DNA of 37,341 nt from Chitinophagaceae bacterium. GTDB lineage: Bacteria > Bacteroidota > Bacteroidia > Chitinophagales > Chitinophagaceae. Under the pieces are notes generated by a model. It did no database searches. It saw only the letters and a program-made list of their open reading frames with translations, and was not told where the DNA came from. Location of the stretch: assembly GCA_046595095.1 (NCBI GenBank), contig JBKJPO010000237.1:1-37341 (forward strand). The letters are read 5' to 3'. The position numbers and the translations under genes are program-made. Of this stretch, positions 18,546-27,716 are shown piece after piece; position 1 is the stretch's first letter, and each line of letters starts with the position of its first letter.

Positions 18546-20678
18546 ATGTCAATTATTCAAACTATACGGGACAAGGGTGCAGCAATTGTTATAGGTGTGA
18601 TAGCCCTTAGCCTTATCGGATTTCTTTTGATGGACGCAAGTACTGGTGCAGGCGGAGGATTATTTGGGGGCAGATCAACATCCATTGGTAGCGTAGGCGG
18701 CGAAACCCTTGAACTCGAAGAGTACAATAAAAGAATCAAAAATGCTGAGCAGCAAAATCCGAATTTCAAAGAAATGCGCGGACAAATGATGCAACAGGTT
18801 TGGGACCAAATGATTGGCGAGAAACTTATCACTGATGAATTCAATAGTCTTGGATTGGCGTTTACCCCAAAAGAGATGACTGCTACAATGTTAAGCGATG
18901 ATGCTCCGCAATCATTAAAACAGGCATTCTCCGATCCACAGACTCAACAATATGATATCGAAAAAGTTAAGCAATGGTGGAATGGTGTGCGCAAATCGAA
19001 GAACAAGGAACAAAGGGATGCAGTAGACGCACAGGTTATAGAGCCAATGCGCCTATTTACCTTGTATAATAAGTACACTTCAATGATTTCGGCAAGTATT
19101 TACATGCCTTCATGGCTTGTGCAGAAAGAGGATAATGATACCCGCAGTTTTTCAAATATATCTTATGTAGCCATCCCTTACAGTGTAATTTCAGACAGTC
19201 TTGTAAAAGTGTCTGATAAAGAAATTGAAGAATATCTCGCTAAACATAAAAAGAAATACAAGCAGGAAGCGGGAAGGATTATTTCATATGTAACTTTTAG
19301 CGCGGCACCTAATGCCCAGGATACAGCTAAACTCCTGGAGAACATGAATACACTAAAACCACAGTTACTTGCGGATTCTAATACTAAAGCATTCGTTGCC
19401 AGGAATATTTCAGCAATAAATTTCGAGGACCTCTACAAGCCAAAAGCACGTATTGATGATCCATTTAAAGATTCGATTATCAATGCAGGAAGCAACGCTG
19501 TTATTGGCCCATACCTCAATGGCAAAAATTATGTACTTGCTAAACTGATAGGAGTGAAGACATTGCCAGATAGTATTAAAGTGCGCCATATATTATTAGG
19601 AACTGTTAATCCACAAACCGGGGAAGCTTTAATGGCGGACTCTGTTGCCAAAATAAAGATTGATAGCATCCAGGCTGCGATCGCTTCAGGCGCTGACTTC
19701 AATACACTGGAAACTAAGTATACCACCGATATGGAGGCGCATAAAACAAATGGGGAAATGACCTTTGATATTGTTACTATCCAGGGAACTGGCTTTGCAA
19801 AAGAATTTGGTGATTTTATCATGAACGAAAAAGGCGAGATGAAAAAGGCGGTTAAGACGCAGTTTGGATGGCATTACATAGAAATCTTAAATAAAATAAA
19901 TCCACAACCGGTTTATAAAATAGCATACCTGGCAAAAGAGATTATTCCAAGCGATGAAACTATCAATGCCGCAAATGCAGCAGCAACAAGGCTTTCAGCC
20001 GGGGCAAGAACGGAGAAAGCCCTTGATGAGTATTTAAAAAAGAATGGCCTCACTAAATTATCTTCCCCTTCTATTATTAAAGAAAATGAATATACATTGG
20101 GAAATATGCAAGATGCCAGGGCAATCATCAAGTGGGCTTTTGAAGCAAAACCAGGGGAAGTTTCAGCCGAACCTTTCCCTGTCGGAGAAACTTTTGTGGT
20201 AGCTTCTGTATCCAAAATAGTAAAAGAAGGCACACCAGATGCAGTTACCGGAAGGCCAATGGTTGAATCATTTGTGCGTAATGAAAAAAAGAGCAGCGAG
20301 ATTATGAAGAAGCTTGGTAGTCCAGCCACATTGGAAGCAGCCGCAGCTGTGTACACCCAACCGGTACTTACTGCAGGAGCCGACAGTACTCTTACTTTCA
20401 CAGCACAAATGGTAAATGGTATTGGCCAGGAACCTAAAGTGATTGGAGCTTCATTCAATAAAGCATACCAGGCAAAAGTATCAGAGCCCATTGCGGGCAA
20501 CACCGGGGTTTTTGTTTTAAAAGTCAACAGTATTGGTTTAAAGACTGCGGTAGGACTTACTCCTGCACAACAGATATCAAGCAAAATGATGCAGGAACGT
20601 CAATCAGCTATGAACCAGTCGTTTGAAGCATTGAAGAAAATGGCAGAGATAAAAGATAAACGCAGCAAGTTCTTTTAA
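18546..20678 (+). CDS. Membrane-anchored SurA-N/PpiC (PpiD-like) peptidyl-prolyl isomerase/chaperone
   Basis: MSIIQTIRDK plus an N-terminal TM anchor, SurA-N helical region, parvulin motifs VRHILL and VKTQFGWHYI, C-terminal IKDKRSKFF. Confidence 0.9.
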   Translation: MSIIQTIRDKGAAIVIGVIALSLIGFLLMDASTGAGGGLFGGRSTSIGSVGGETLELEEYNKRIKNAEQQNPNFKEMRGQMMQQVWDQMIGEKLITDEFNSLGLAFTPKEMTATMLSDDAPQSLKQAFSDPQTQQYDIEKVKQWWNGVRKSKNKEQRDAVDAQVIEPMRLFTLYNKYTSMISASIYMPSWLVQKEDNDTRSFSNISYVAIPYSVISDSLVKVSDKEIEEYLAKHKKKYKQEAGRIISYVTFSAAPNAQDTAKLLENMNTLKPQLLADSNTKAFVARNISAINFEDLYKPKARIDDPFKDSIINAGSNAVIGPYLNGKNYVLAKLIGVKTLPDSIKVRHILLGTVNPQTGEALMADSVAKIKIDSIQAAIASGADFNTLETKYTTDMEAHKTNGEMTFDIVTIQGTGFAKEFGDFIMNEKGEMKKAVKTQFGWHYIEILNKINPQPVYKIAYLAKEIIPSDETINAANAAATRLSAGARTEKALDEYLKKNGLTKLSSPSIIKENEYTLGNMQDARAIIKWAFEAKPGEVSAEPFPVGETFVVASVSKIVKEGTPDAVTGRPMVESFVRNEKKSSEIMKKLGSPATLEAAAAVYTQPVLTAGADSTLTFTAQMVNGIGQEPKVIGASFNKAYQAKVSEPIAGNTGVFVLKVNSIGLKTAVGLTPAQQISSKMMQERQSAMNQSFEALKKMAEIKDKRSKFF

Positions 20679-20697
20679 ATCAAAACATAATATTTTT

Positions 20698-20726
20698 AAA
20701 GGTCCCGTCATTGTGCGGGATCTTTT
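20698..20726 (+). terminator. Intrinsic terminator
   Basis: AAAGGTCCCG-loop-CGGGATCTTTT. Confidence 0.8.
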
Positions 20727-20777
20727 ATTTTAACGTAATTCGAAAATACAGGTTGAAGAGCCGCAGAGATTAATTCT

Positions 20778-20785
20778 TAACTTTG
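20778..20785 (+). promoter_or_regulatory. -7 promoter element for the DUF2480 gene
   Basis: TAACTTTG. Confidence 0.65.
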
Positions 20786-20813
20786 CAATAGCTGATTCAA
20801 ACAACATAAGCAT

Positions 20814-21320
20814 ATGGAAGAGGTAATAATTAATAAAGTAGAACTAAGTGGCATTGTAAGCCTGGATCTTGAACAATATTATCCAGCGGAAGAGTTTAAA
20901 GCTTTTGATCTGAAAGATCATCTCTTCATGGGTTTAATCCTCAAGGAAAAAGATTATCGCGAAGCGTTGAAGAATTTTGATTGGGAAGATTACAAGGGTA
21001 AAAATGTATTCATTACTTGTACAGCAGATGCGGTAATTCCGATGTGGGCATATATGCTTACGGCAACTTACCTGGAACCGGTAGCAAATGCAGTTTTGTA
21101 TGGTAATGAGGAGCAGTTGAAAAATCACTTATTTGTAAAAAATCTTTCTGCCATGGATATTGAAGAATACCGTGATAAACGAGTTGTTGTAAAAGGTTGT
21201 GGAGAGAAACAAGTTCCCGAAGCTGCATACGTTGAAGTTACCAGGCTTTTGCGCCCTGTTGTAAAAAGCATAATGTATGGCGAACCTTGCAGTACGGTTC
21301 CTATTTATAAAAAGAAATAA
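20814..21320 (+). CDS. DUF2480 family protein
   Basis: IINKV, LFMGLILKEKDYR, CTADAVIPMWAYML and VKGC...SIMYGEPCSTVPIYK, typical of this Bacteroidota family. Confidence 0.85.
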   Translation: MEEVIINKVELSGIVSLDLEQYYPAEEFKAFDLKDHLFMGLILKEKDYREALKNFDWEDYKGKNVFITCTADAVIPMWAYMLTATYLEPVANAVLYGNEEQLKNHLFVKNLSAMDIEEYRDKRVVVKGCGEKQVPEAAYVEVTRLLRPVVKSIMYGEPCSTVPIYKKK

Positions 21321-21334
21321 TAACCGGAAATTTT

Positions 21335-22423
21335 TTAAAACCAGCCCCTGCGTTTAAAAATAAAGATCATGATGACAGGGAACAGGATCATAACACCTAC
21401 TGTCAAATAAAAACCTAAACGATGTTCGGCAAATGGAATTTCAACGAAATTCATTCCGAAGATTCCCCCAATAACTGTTGGCGGACCAAGCAGGCAAGTC
21501 ACAATTGCCATTACTTTCATCACTTCATTCATTTTCAAATTTACATTACTCACATACAGATCCTGTAAGTTCATCATTACATCCCGGTAGTTTTCTGCAA
21601 GGTCATTAGCCTGGAGTATATGATCATGAATGTCTTTAAAATATTTCTCCGTTTTCTCATCGATGAGCTCACTTTCTGCTCTCAGAATTCCACTAACTAA
21701 TTCTCGTACGGGCGAAATCGTTCGCTTCAAAACGATCATTTCTTTGCGGAGCGAATTGATTTTAATCAGGGACCTCGTGCTTGCTTTTCTAACAATCTCC
21801 TCTTCCAGTGATTCAATCCGTTCACTAAGATTTTCCATCACGACAAAATAATTATCAACGATCATATCTATAAGCGTATAGAAAAGAAAATCAACACCGC
21901 TATGACGAATCTTACTGCTATTGAGTCGCAACTTATCTCTTAGAGGATTGAATACATCTTTAGAGGCATCCTCCTGGAATGTCAGAACAAAATTTTTGCC
22001 TAGTACTATACTTATCTGTTCTGTTTCTACTACGTGTTGCGTTTCATTATAATAAAGCATGTTCAGCAGGCAAAAAACAACGCCTTCTATTTCATCCATT
22101 TTAGGCCGCTGCCCTACACTCAGGATGTCTTCAATAATCAAAGGATGAATGCCAAATCGTTCGCATATCTGTTCAATCTCAACTTTCTTAAGGCCATCCA
22201 CATTTATCCATGAAATAGACGGGGTTTTTAAAAAAACAAAACACTCCTTAAGTGTATTTATTTCTCTTTCGTTGAGCGTATTTGCATCATAATCATAAAC
22301 AAATATTTTAATTTCCTCCGGCTCTTTGCGTGTAGGCTCTACTGTTGGGTTAATGTGGAGAACCTTTTTTGTCCGCAATAATTCAAATGGATTGAGAAGA
22401 GAAAGATATTTAGAGTGAAGCAT
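21335..22423 (-). CDS. corA: Magnesium/cobalt transporter CorA
   Basis: WINVDGL, IHPLIIEDI, QRPK, NEVMKV, GMN signature (GIFGMNF) and two C-terminal TMs. Confidence 0.96.
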   Translation of the reverse strand: MLHSKYLSLLNPFELLRTKKVLHINPTVEPTRKEPEEIKIFVYDYDANTLNEREINTLKECFVFLKTPSISWINVDGLKKVEIEQICERFGIHPLIIEDILSVGQRPKMDEIEGVVFCLLNMLYYNETQHVVETEQISIVLGKNFVLTFQEDASKDVFNPLRDKLRLNSSKIRHSGVDFLFYTLIDMIVDNYFVVMENLSERIESLEEEIVRKASTRSLIKINSLRKEMIVLKRTISPVRELVSGILRAESELIDEKTEKYFKDIHDHILQANDLAENYRDVMMNLQDLYVSNVNLKMNEVMKVMAIVTCLLGPPTVIGGIFGMNFVEIPFAEHRLGFYLTVGVMILFPVIMIFIFKRRGWF

Positions 22424-22475
22424 AATTGCAATTGAGGAGTGGAAATTAAACGCAATAAATCAAACCACAAAATTC

Positions 22476-22511
22476 AAAAAAAAAGCAGCTCAAAGTTGTT
22501 TTTGAGACTGC
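22476..22511 (-). terminator. Intrinsic terminator of the SnoaL-like lipoprotein gene
   Basis: Minus strand GCAGTCTCAAA-loop-TTTGAGCTGC followed by T9. Confidence 0.75.
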
Positions 22512-22530
22512 CCTTATGATATATAGTTTT

Positions 22531-23043
22531 TTATTTAGCCATTGCCGGTTTTGCATCGCTATTCCAGATATCGCGAAACATTTTCCAATTTTCGTCTTCT
22601 TGTTTCCACACCACGATATATTTCCCTTTATCAACACTTTTACCAGATTTTTCAGCCACCACATAAGTACCTTCCTCTACTACCAGGTCATTATTCCCCC
22701 AAACATCTACTACATTAAGCTTGAGTGATAGCCCCAGGCTCATAAAACCACCCCACGAATTCCTGATTCCATCAGTAGTGCTTTCAGCCGGAAACCCGTC
22801 GGGCAATAATTTAGCATCCTTAGAGTAATGAGCGGCAACAGCAGCAGAATCACCCTTAGCAATTTCAGCTTCCATATCGGCATTACTTTTTTCAATTGCT
22901 TTCTTCACTGAAGAAAGATCAAATGCAGTTGTTGAGGTTGTTGCTATCTTATCCTTATCAACTGTTTCTTTGCTGTTGCAGGAAACAATACCGAGAAAAG
23001 GAATTACGAGAGCTAAAAGAAAATTTTTTAATGAACGCTTCAT
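22531..23043 (-). CDS. NTF2/SnoaL-like (DUF4440/YybH) lipoprotein
   Basis: Lipobox IVSC; GDSAAVAAHYSKDA, EEGTY and DKGKYIVVWK...WKMFRDIWNSD. Confidence 0.88.
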   Translation of the reverse strand: MKRSLKNFLLALVIPFLGIVSCNSKETVDKDKIATTSTTAFDLSSVKKAIEKSNADMEAEIAKGDSAAVAAHYSKDAKLLPDGFPAESTTDGIRNSWGGFMSLGLSLKLNVVDVWGNNDLVVEEGTYVVAEKSGKSVDKGKYIVVWKQEDENWKMFRDIWNSDAKPAMAK

Positions 23044-23105
23044 AAATAGTTAGGTTTTAGTTTGGTAAAGTACGAACCAAAAGCATATCGACAAAACTTA
23101 CGTGA

Positions 23106-23438
23106 TCAATCTTTTGTATACACTTCCCCTTTGTACGGATGAATTGTAGAGTAAAAAGTATATCCGGAAACATGAAGCAGGTAATAGGTCATTATATCGC
23201 ACCAGCAAATCTCATCTTTGAATATTTCAAGTTTTGGTAATTCACCTTTCTGACAACTTTCTTCTTTATCATAGTCATAAAGCCCATCATTTGCAATACA
23301 CCATTTTTCGAACGATCCCAGTTCGGCCGGGTCGGAAAAAACAATTTTGAAGTAAGTTTTTTCTGTAACATCTTTCAGATCATCATTCATGTAATGATGA
23401 TACTTATGCCTATGTCTAATAATCTTTGCTGTCTTCAT
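23106..23438 (-). CDS. Hypothetical protein with a His-rich N-terminus
   Basis: 110-aa ORF with ATG in an otherwise empty interval, co-oriented with its neighbours; RHRHKYHHY and ICWCD. Confidence 0.75.
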   Translation of the reverse strand: MKTAKIIRHRHKYHHYMNDDLKDVTEKTYFKIVFSDPAELGSFEKWCIANDGLYDYDKEESCQKGELPKLEIFKDEICWCDIMTYYLLHVSGYTFYSTIHPYKGEVYTKD

Positions 23439-23620
23439 TTCAACGCTGATTTAGGTGTAAGCTAAATGGAAACTACAATACTGCAAACTTCTTTTTAAAT
23501 GACGCATCAGTTAAGCGCTTCGGTTAGGGTTGAGAGTAAGTAAAGTAAAAAAGGCATTTAGACTAAGGAATTAAGATAAAGCCTAAAGAAATTCCAGTAT
23601 AACTTGTGATTGCTAATCTG

Positions 23621-24694
23621 TCAAAGCTTTTCATACAAACGCCGAAGCTTGTCGCGGGTTATGATTGTTTCCCAGCCAGGGCCAATGGCATTTTCCCAAA
23701 GAGGCTTCATCCCAAGTGAGACATCAATCATTTTATTGAATTCTTCATCTGATAGTCCCGCACAAATATTCTTTGGGATATCAATTTCATTTTTATCAAC
23801 CATCTCTTTAAACTCTCTAACGCCCGCCGGGTAATATTCTTCAAGCTGGTCGAAGACAATACAATTACCAATGCCATGCTTTGTCCCGAGCAGGTAGCTG
23901 AGTCCATAACTCACGGCATGTGCAACGCCCACCTGCGAGTATGCGATACTCATTCCGCCGGCATATGAAGCCATCATCAGTTTATCATCGCTTTCCTCAT
24001 CCCAATCATTTTTTTCTAGAAAAACCTGACGGCATAACTGCAAAGCTTTCTCACCATAGGATTTGCTAAACTCATTTAAATAAGTACCCGTAAGGCTTTC
24101 AATACAATGAATATAACAATCCATGCCAGTGTAAAACCGCTGATTCTTAGGAACGTTTGCAATGAGCCCCGGATCAAGAACAACCTGGTCAAATGGGGTA
24201 AAATCTGAATTCATACCTAACTTCCGCGTAGGACCAGTAAGTACTGTAGTTCGTGAAACTTCAGCCCCGGTTCCACTTAACGTGGGTATCCCGGCCTTGT
24301 ACACGCCTGGATTTTTTACCAGGTCCCAGCCCTGGTAATCAGCAGAGGATCCGGGATTATTCATCATCAGCCCAACTGCTTTTGCAAGATCCATGGCACT
24401 GCCGCCGCCGATTCCAATGATGCCACTCACATTTCCAAATTCATTCTTCAGCTCTTCAGCCAAATTATCTACATAGGTAGTTTTCGGTTCATTGGCTACA
24501 TCCACAAAGATGATCTTGTCTTTCGATTGGGCGGGTACCCGGGAAGCCAATTCTTTTCCCTCAAAAAAATGATCAACCAGGAAAATTACGGGGGCATCTT
24601 TCTTCCTCACCGGCATTAATATTTCATCTAATTGATTGAAGCTCCCCCGGCCATATATTACATAGCCGATCATTTTGAAGTTTCTGAATTTCAT
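23621..24694 (-). CDS. kdnB: KdnB-like 3-deoxy-D-manno-octulosonate 8-oxidase (iron-containing alcohol dehydrogenase family)
   Basis: GGGSAMD, YQGWDL, PTLSGTGAE, RKLGMNSD, YTGMDCYIH, SIAYSQVGVAHAVSYGL and HGIGNC closely recall Shewanella KdnB; directly downstream of kdsB. Confidence 0.82.
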   Translation of the reverse strand: MKFRNFKMIGYVIYGRGSFNQLDEILMPVRKKDAPVIFLVDHFFEGKELASRVPAQSKDKIIFVDVANEPKTTYVDNLAEELKNEFGNVSGIIGIGGGSAMDLAKAVGLMMNNPGSSADYQGWDLVKNPGVYKAGIPTLSGTGAEVSRTTVLTGPTRKLGMNSDFTPFDQVVLDPGLIANVPKNQRFYTGMDCYIHCIESLTGTYLNEFSKSYGEKALQLCRQVFLEKNDWDEESDDKLMMASYAGGMSIAYSQVGVAHAVSYGLSYLLGTKHGIGNCIVFDQLEEYYPAGVREFKEMVDKNEIDIPKNICAGLSDEEFNKMIDVSLGMKPLWENAIGPGWETIITRDKLRRLYEKL

Positions 24695-24752
24695 GATCTA
24701 TAATTTACCTTGAATGCGAAAGTAAGTGATTATAAAAATAAAGTTGATGGGG

Positions 24753-25478
24753 TCAAAGAAAAGTTGCGGCTTTCACCAGGTCTTCGGGTGTATCGATTTC
24801 AATACCCATAAATTCAGTTATCACCATTTTTATCGGGACACCATTTTCAAGATAACGCAGACATTCAATTTTTTCAATTTTTTCAAGCGGTGTCATTTCC
24901 CAGGAAGTAAAATCAAGCAATGCTTTTTTTCTAAAAGCATATACGCCAATATGTTCATACCAGGTAGTTGCTATTTTTTCATTCCGCGGAAAAGGAATAA
25001 CGCTGCGGCTAAAGTATAACGCGTTATTTTTTTTGTCTAATGCTACTTTCACATAATTTGGATCAGCGATTAGCTTTGGATCTTTCAATACCTGGACCAA
25101 TGAAGCCACTTGTACCGATTCACCTTCCGGGCCTTTAAAAACTTCAAGAAGTTTTTCGAGTGGCTCCCGTTTTACAAAGGGCTCATCACCCTGGACGTTT
25201 ACAACGATGTCTGCTTCCATACCTTCCAGGGCTTCAGCTATTCGGTCGCTGCCGCTTTCATGTTCTCTAATACTCATTTTGGCCCTGCCACCATTGCTTG
25301 TGATTTCCTGGTAAATTATGTCGCTGTCGGTTACTACCATTACTTCGTCAAAAAGACCGGTGGCTATAGTGTTGTCGAGGGTATGACGGATTACAGTTTT
25401 ATTTCCCAATAATTGCATCAGCTTTGCGGGGAATCTTGTAGCAGCATATCGTGCCGGAATCATTGCTATGGTCTTCAT
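24753..25478 (-). CDS. kdsB: 3-deoxy-manno-octulosonate cytidylyltransferase
   Basis: IPARYAATRFPAK, SGSDR, NVQGDEP, LYFSRSVIP, HIGVY, LEKIEKIECLR and IDTPEDL motifs. ATG at 25478. Confidence 0.95.
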   Translation of the reverse strand: MKTIAMIPARYAATRFPAKLMQLLGNKTVIRHTLDNTIATGLFDEVMVVTDSDIIYQEITSNGGRAKMSIREHESGSDRIAEALEGMEADIVVNVQGDEPFVKREPLEKLLEVFKGPEGESVQVASLVQVLKDPKLIADPNYVKVALDKKNNALYFSRSVIPFPRNEKIATTWYEHIGVYAFRKKALLDFTSWEMTPLEKIEKIECLRYLENGVPIKMVITEFMGIEIDTPEDLVKAATFL

Positions 25479-25479
25479 G

Positions 25480-25890
25480 TTATTCGCCTGGTTCGGGTGG
25501 TGAATGGCCGGCTGGTATTCTTGTTTCATACCCGCAGTCGGAACATTTATACATATCTTCTTCAGCACTGGTGTTCTGGGAAAAATAGGAGCTTAACAAC
25601 CCGGTAATGCTATTACCGGATCCCTCCGGGATGGTTAGCCTTATATTGTTTCCACCACAATTAGGACATGTGATCGAGTTGTTATATTCTTTTTCAAATT
25701 GATCAAGCAGGTTTTTGGCCTCCACTTCATCTTTGTCTTTTACTAATAGTTTTACCGAGGCGATTGCCCGGGTGACTAGCGTACTGTTCTCGTCTTTTAT
25801 ATAACATTCAATACCGGCATCCTGCAACTTACTGAGCATAATGTTAGCAGTAAATACATTATCGAATTTGCGGATGGCGATTAGTTCCAT
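25480..25890 (-). CDS. DUF2007 (putative signal-transducing) protein with a C-terminal zinc ribbon
   Basis: ANIMLSKLQDAGIECYIKDE...VKLLV, then CPNC...CSDC. Confidence 0.85.
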   Translation of the reverse strand: MELIAIRKFDNVFTANIMLSKLQDAGIECYIKDENSTLVTRAIASVKLLVKDKDEVEAKNLLDQFEKEYNNSITCPNCGGNNIRLTIPEGSGNSITGLLSSYFSQNTSAEEDMYKCSDCGYETRIPAGHSPPEPGE

Positions 25891-26003
25891 GAGCGCGATT
25901 TAAGGGCTTACTTATTTGAGCACTGTTTTAGAAGGTCAATTTACCTGGCCGGAGTATTTGATCTTGTATTCAATCAATAAGCAAAGTAAAAATTCTGACA
26001 GCA

Positions 26004-27119
26004 TTAGTTATTCAGCATCAACGGCATTACCAGCATCAACAATTCTTCATTTTCCTCCATCTCTGTTGGTTTAAGAATACCAGCTTTGGTAGAGGTGCTT
26101 AATTCCATATTTATATCTGAAGTCTCTGCAGCATTCAACATTTCAATAAGGAATTTTGCATTGAATGCAATTTGCAGATCATCTCCATCATATTGGCAAG
26201 CCATGCGCTCATTACCTTCGAAGCTGAAGTCTACATCTTGTGCTGCAAGGTGAAGTTCACTTCCACTAATTGATAAAGCTACCTGGTTTGTGCTTTTGTT
26301 ACTGAATACACTCACGCGGCGAAGCGCACCTTGAAAGTCTGCCTTATTAACCGTCATGACGTAAGGATTATCAAGAGGAATAACTACTTTATAATCTGGG
26401 AATCTTGCATCAATAAGCCGGCAAACAAGTTCAGTCGTGCCGTGTACTACAAAAAGGTGGTTGCTGTTATAAGAAATTTTAAGTTCATCATTATTATTCG
26501 GCAAAGCCCCCTTCAAGAGGTTCAAAGGTTTTTTAGGAACAATGAAAGTTTCTTTTCTTGGACAAACCACATCAGTTCTTTTGAAACGGACAAGCCTATG
26601 GGCATCTGTTGCAACACAAGTCAGGCCATTGGTATCCAGTTCAAAATATACACCCGTCATAGCGGGCCTCAGATCATCACTACTTACAGCAAACAAGGTT
26701 TTGTTTATAGCGGCCAGCAATGCCGATGAACTCATTGTGAAAGACGTGGCTGTATCTGCCACGGGTTCCTTCGGAAAGTTGTCGGGGTTCTCGCCCATCA
26801 CTTTATATTTTCCATTATCACTGGTGATTTCAATTGCAAAATTCTTATCGATATTGAAAGTGAGGGGTTGCTCAGCAATATTTTTGAGCGAATCCAGGAG
26901 GATCTTGGAAGGGATACAAACCTTTCCAGTTTCTTTTGCTTCGATATCCATATGTATCTTCATCACAGTTTCCAGGTCAGTGGCCACTACAGTGAGCTTA
27001 TTTTTATCAATCTCAAATAAGAAGTCCTCGAGTATCGGCAACACTGTATTTGCATTGATTACGCCACTGATCTGCTGGAGTTGTTTTAATAATTGACTGG
27101 AAGAAACGATAAACTTCAT
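26004..27119 (-). CDS. dnaN: DNA polymerase III beta sliding clamp
   Basis: LPILEDFL, ATDLE, DDLRPAMTG, ATDAHRL, FPDYKVVIP, IAFNAKFL and LVMPL motifs. Confidence 0.98.
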   Translation of the reverse strand: MKFIVSSSQLLKQLQQISGVINANTVLPILEDFLFEIDKNKLTVVATDLETVMKIHMDIEAKETGKVCIPSKILLDSLKNIAEQPLTFNIDKNFAIEITSDNGKYKVMGENPDNFPKEPVADTATSFTMSSSALLAAINKTLFAVSSDDLRPAMTGVYFELDTNGLTCVATDAHRLVRFKRTDVVCPRKETFIVPKKPLNLLKGALPNNNDELKISYNSNHLFVVHGTTELVCRLIDARFPDYKVVIPLDNPYVMTVNKADFQGALRRVSVFSNKSTNQVALSISGSELHLAAQDVDFSFEGNERMACQYDGDDLQIAFNAKFLIEMLNAAETSDINMELSTSTKAGILKPTEMEENEELLMLVMPLMLNN

Positions 27120-27138
27120 ATTAGATTTGATTAGTGGT

Positions 27139-27146
27139 CAAAGATA
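27139..27146 (-). promoter_or_regulatory. -7 promoter element for dnaN
   Basis: Reverse complement TATCTTTG. Confidence 0.65.
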
Positions 27147-27154
27147 AAGTAAAA

Positions 27155-27199
27155 TAAAACGTTTAAAACGCCTTAAACGTCTTAAACGCCTTAAACGTA
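27155..27199. repeat. Five tandem 9-bp repeats
   Basis: TAAAACGTT TAAAACGCC TTAAACGTC TTAAACGCC TTAAACGTA. Confidence 0.9.
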
Positions 27200-27226
27200 A
27201 ATGTTTTAAAGTTTTAAAAGATATAA

Positions 27227-27691
27227 GTGAAAAAAGAAACATTCACTCCCTCGCAAGCCTTGCCTAAAATAAAACATTATTGTGCATACCAGGAGCGTTG
27301 CCACCAGGAAGTAAAAGAAAAATTGTATGGATATGGGTTAAACAGCAGTGAAGCAGAGGAGATCATAGCTACATTGATATCGGAAAAATACTTAAATGAA
27401 CAACGTTTCGCAGAACTTTTTGCAAGCGGCAGGTTTCGGCTCAAGCATTGGGGTAAGATTAAGATCCGGTATGAATTAAAACAAAAGTTCGTGAGCGATC
27501 ATTGTATCAGGCAAGCCTTGTTGCAAATTGATCTGGATGAATATGAAAAAATTTTAGGGACAATTGCCGTGCAGAAATGGCGAACACTAAAGGGAGAAAG
27601 AAATATTTTTGTGAAAAAACGCAAGGCAGTAAATTACTTATTGCAGAAAGGATTTGGGTCAGATCTTTGGATTGCAGAGATCACTAAATAA
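27227..27691 (+). CDS. recX: Regulatory protein RecX
   Basis: YCAYQERC, YLNEQRFA, WGKIKIRYELKQK and YLLQKGF motifs; GTG start. Confidence 0.93.
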   Translation: MKKETFTPSQALPKIKHYCAYQERCHQEVKEKLYGYGLNSSEAEEIIATLISEKYLNEQRFAELFASGRFRLKHWGKIKIRYELKQKFVSDHCIRQALLQIDLDEYEKILGTIAVQKWRTLKGERNIFVKKRKAVNYLLQKGFGSDLWIAEITK

Positions 27692-27716
27692 GCATTATTA
27701 AAAAATTAAGGCCATC

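Noticed and set aside
19913-20584. Long antisense ORFs (also 15868-16464, 16963-17430, 26542-27096, 34788-35399)
   Set aside because: Shadow frames opposite well-supported genes, with no recognisable motifs.
27155-27199. CRISPR-like array
   Set aside because: Units are 9 bp, contiguous, with no spacers and no cas genes.
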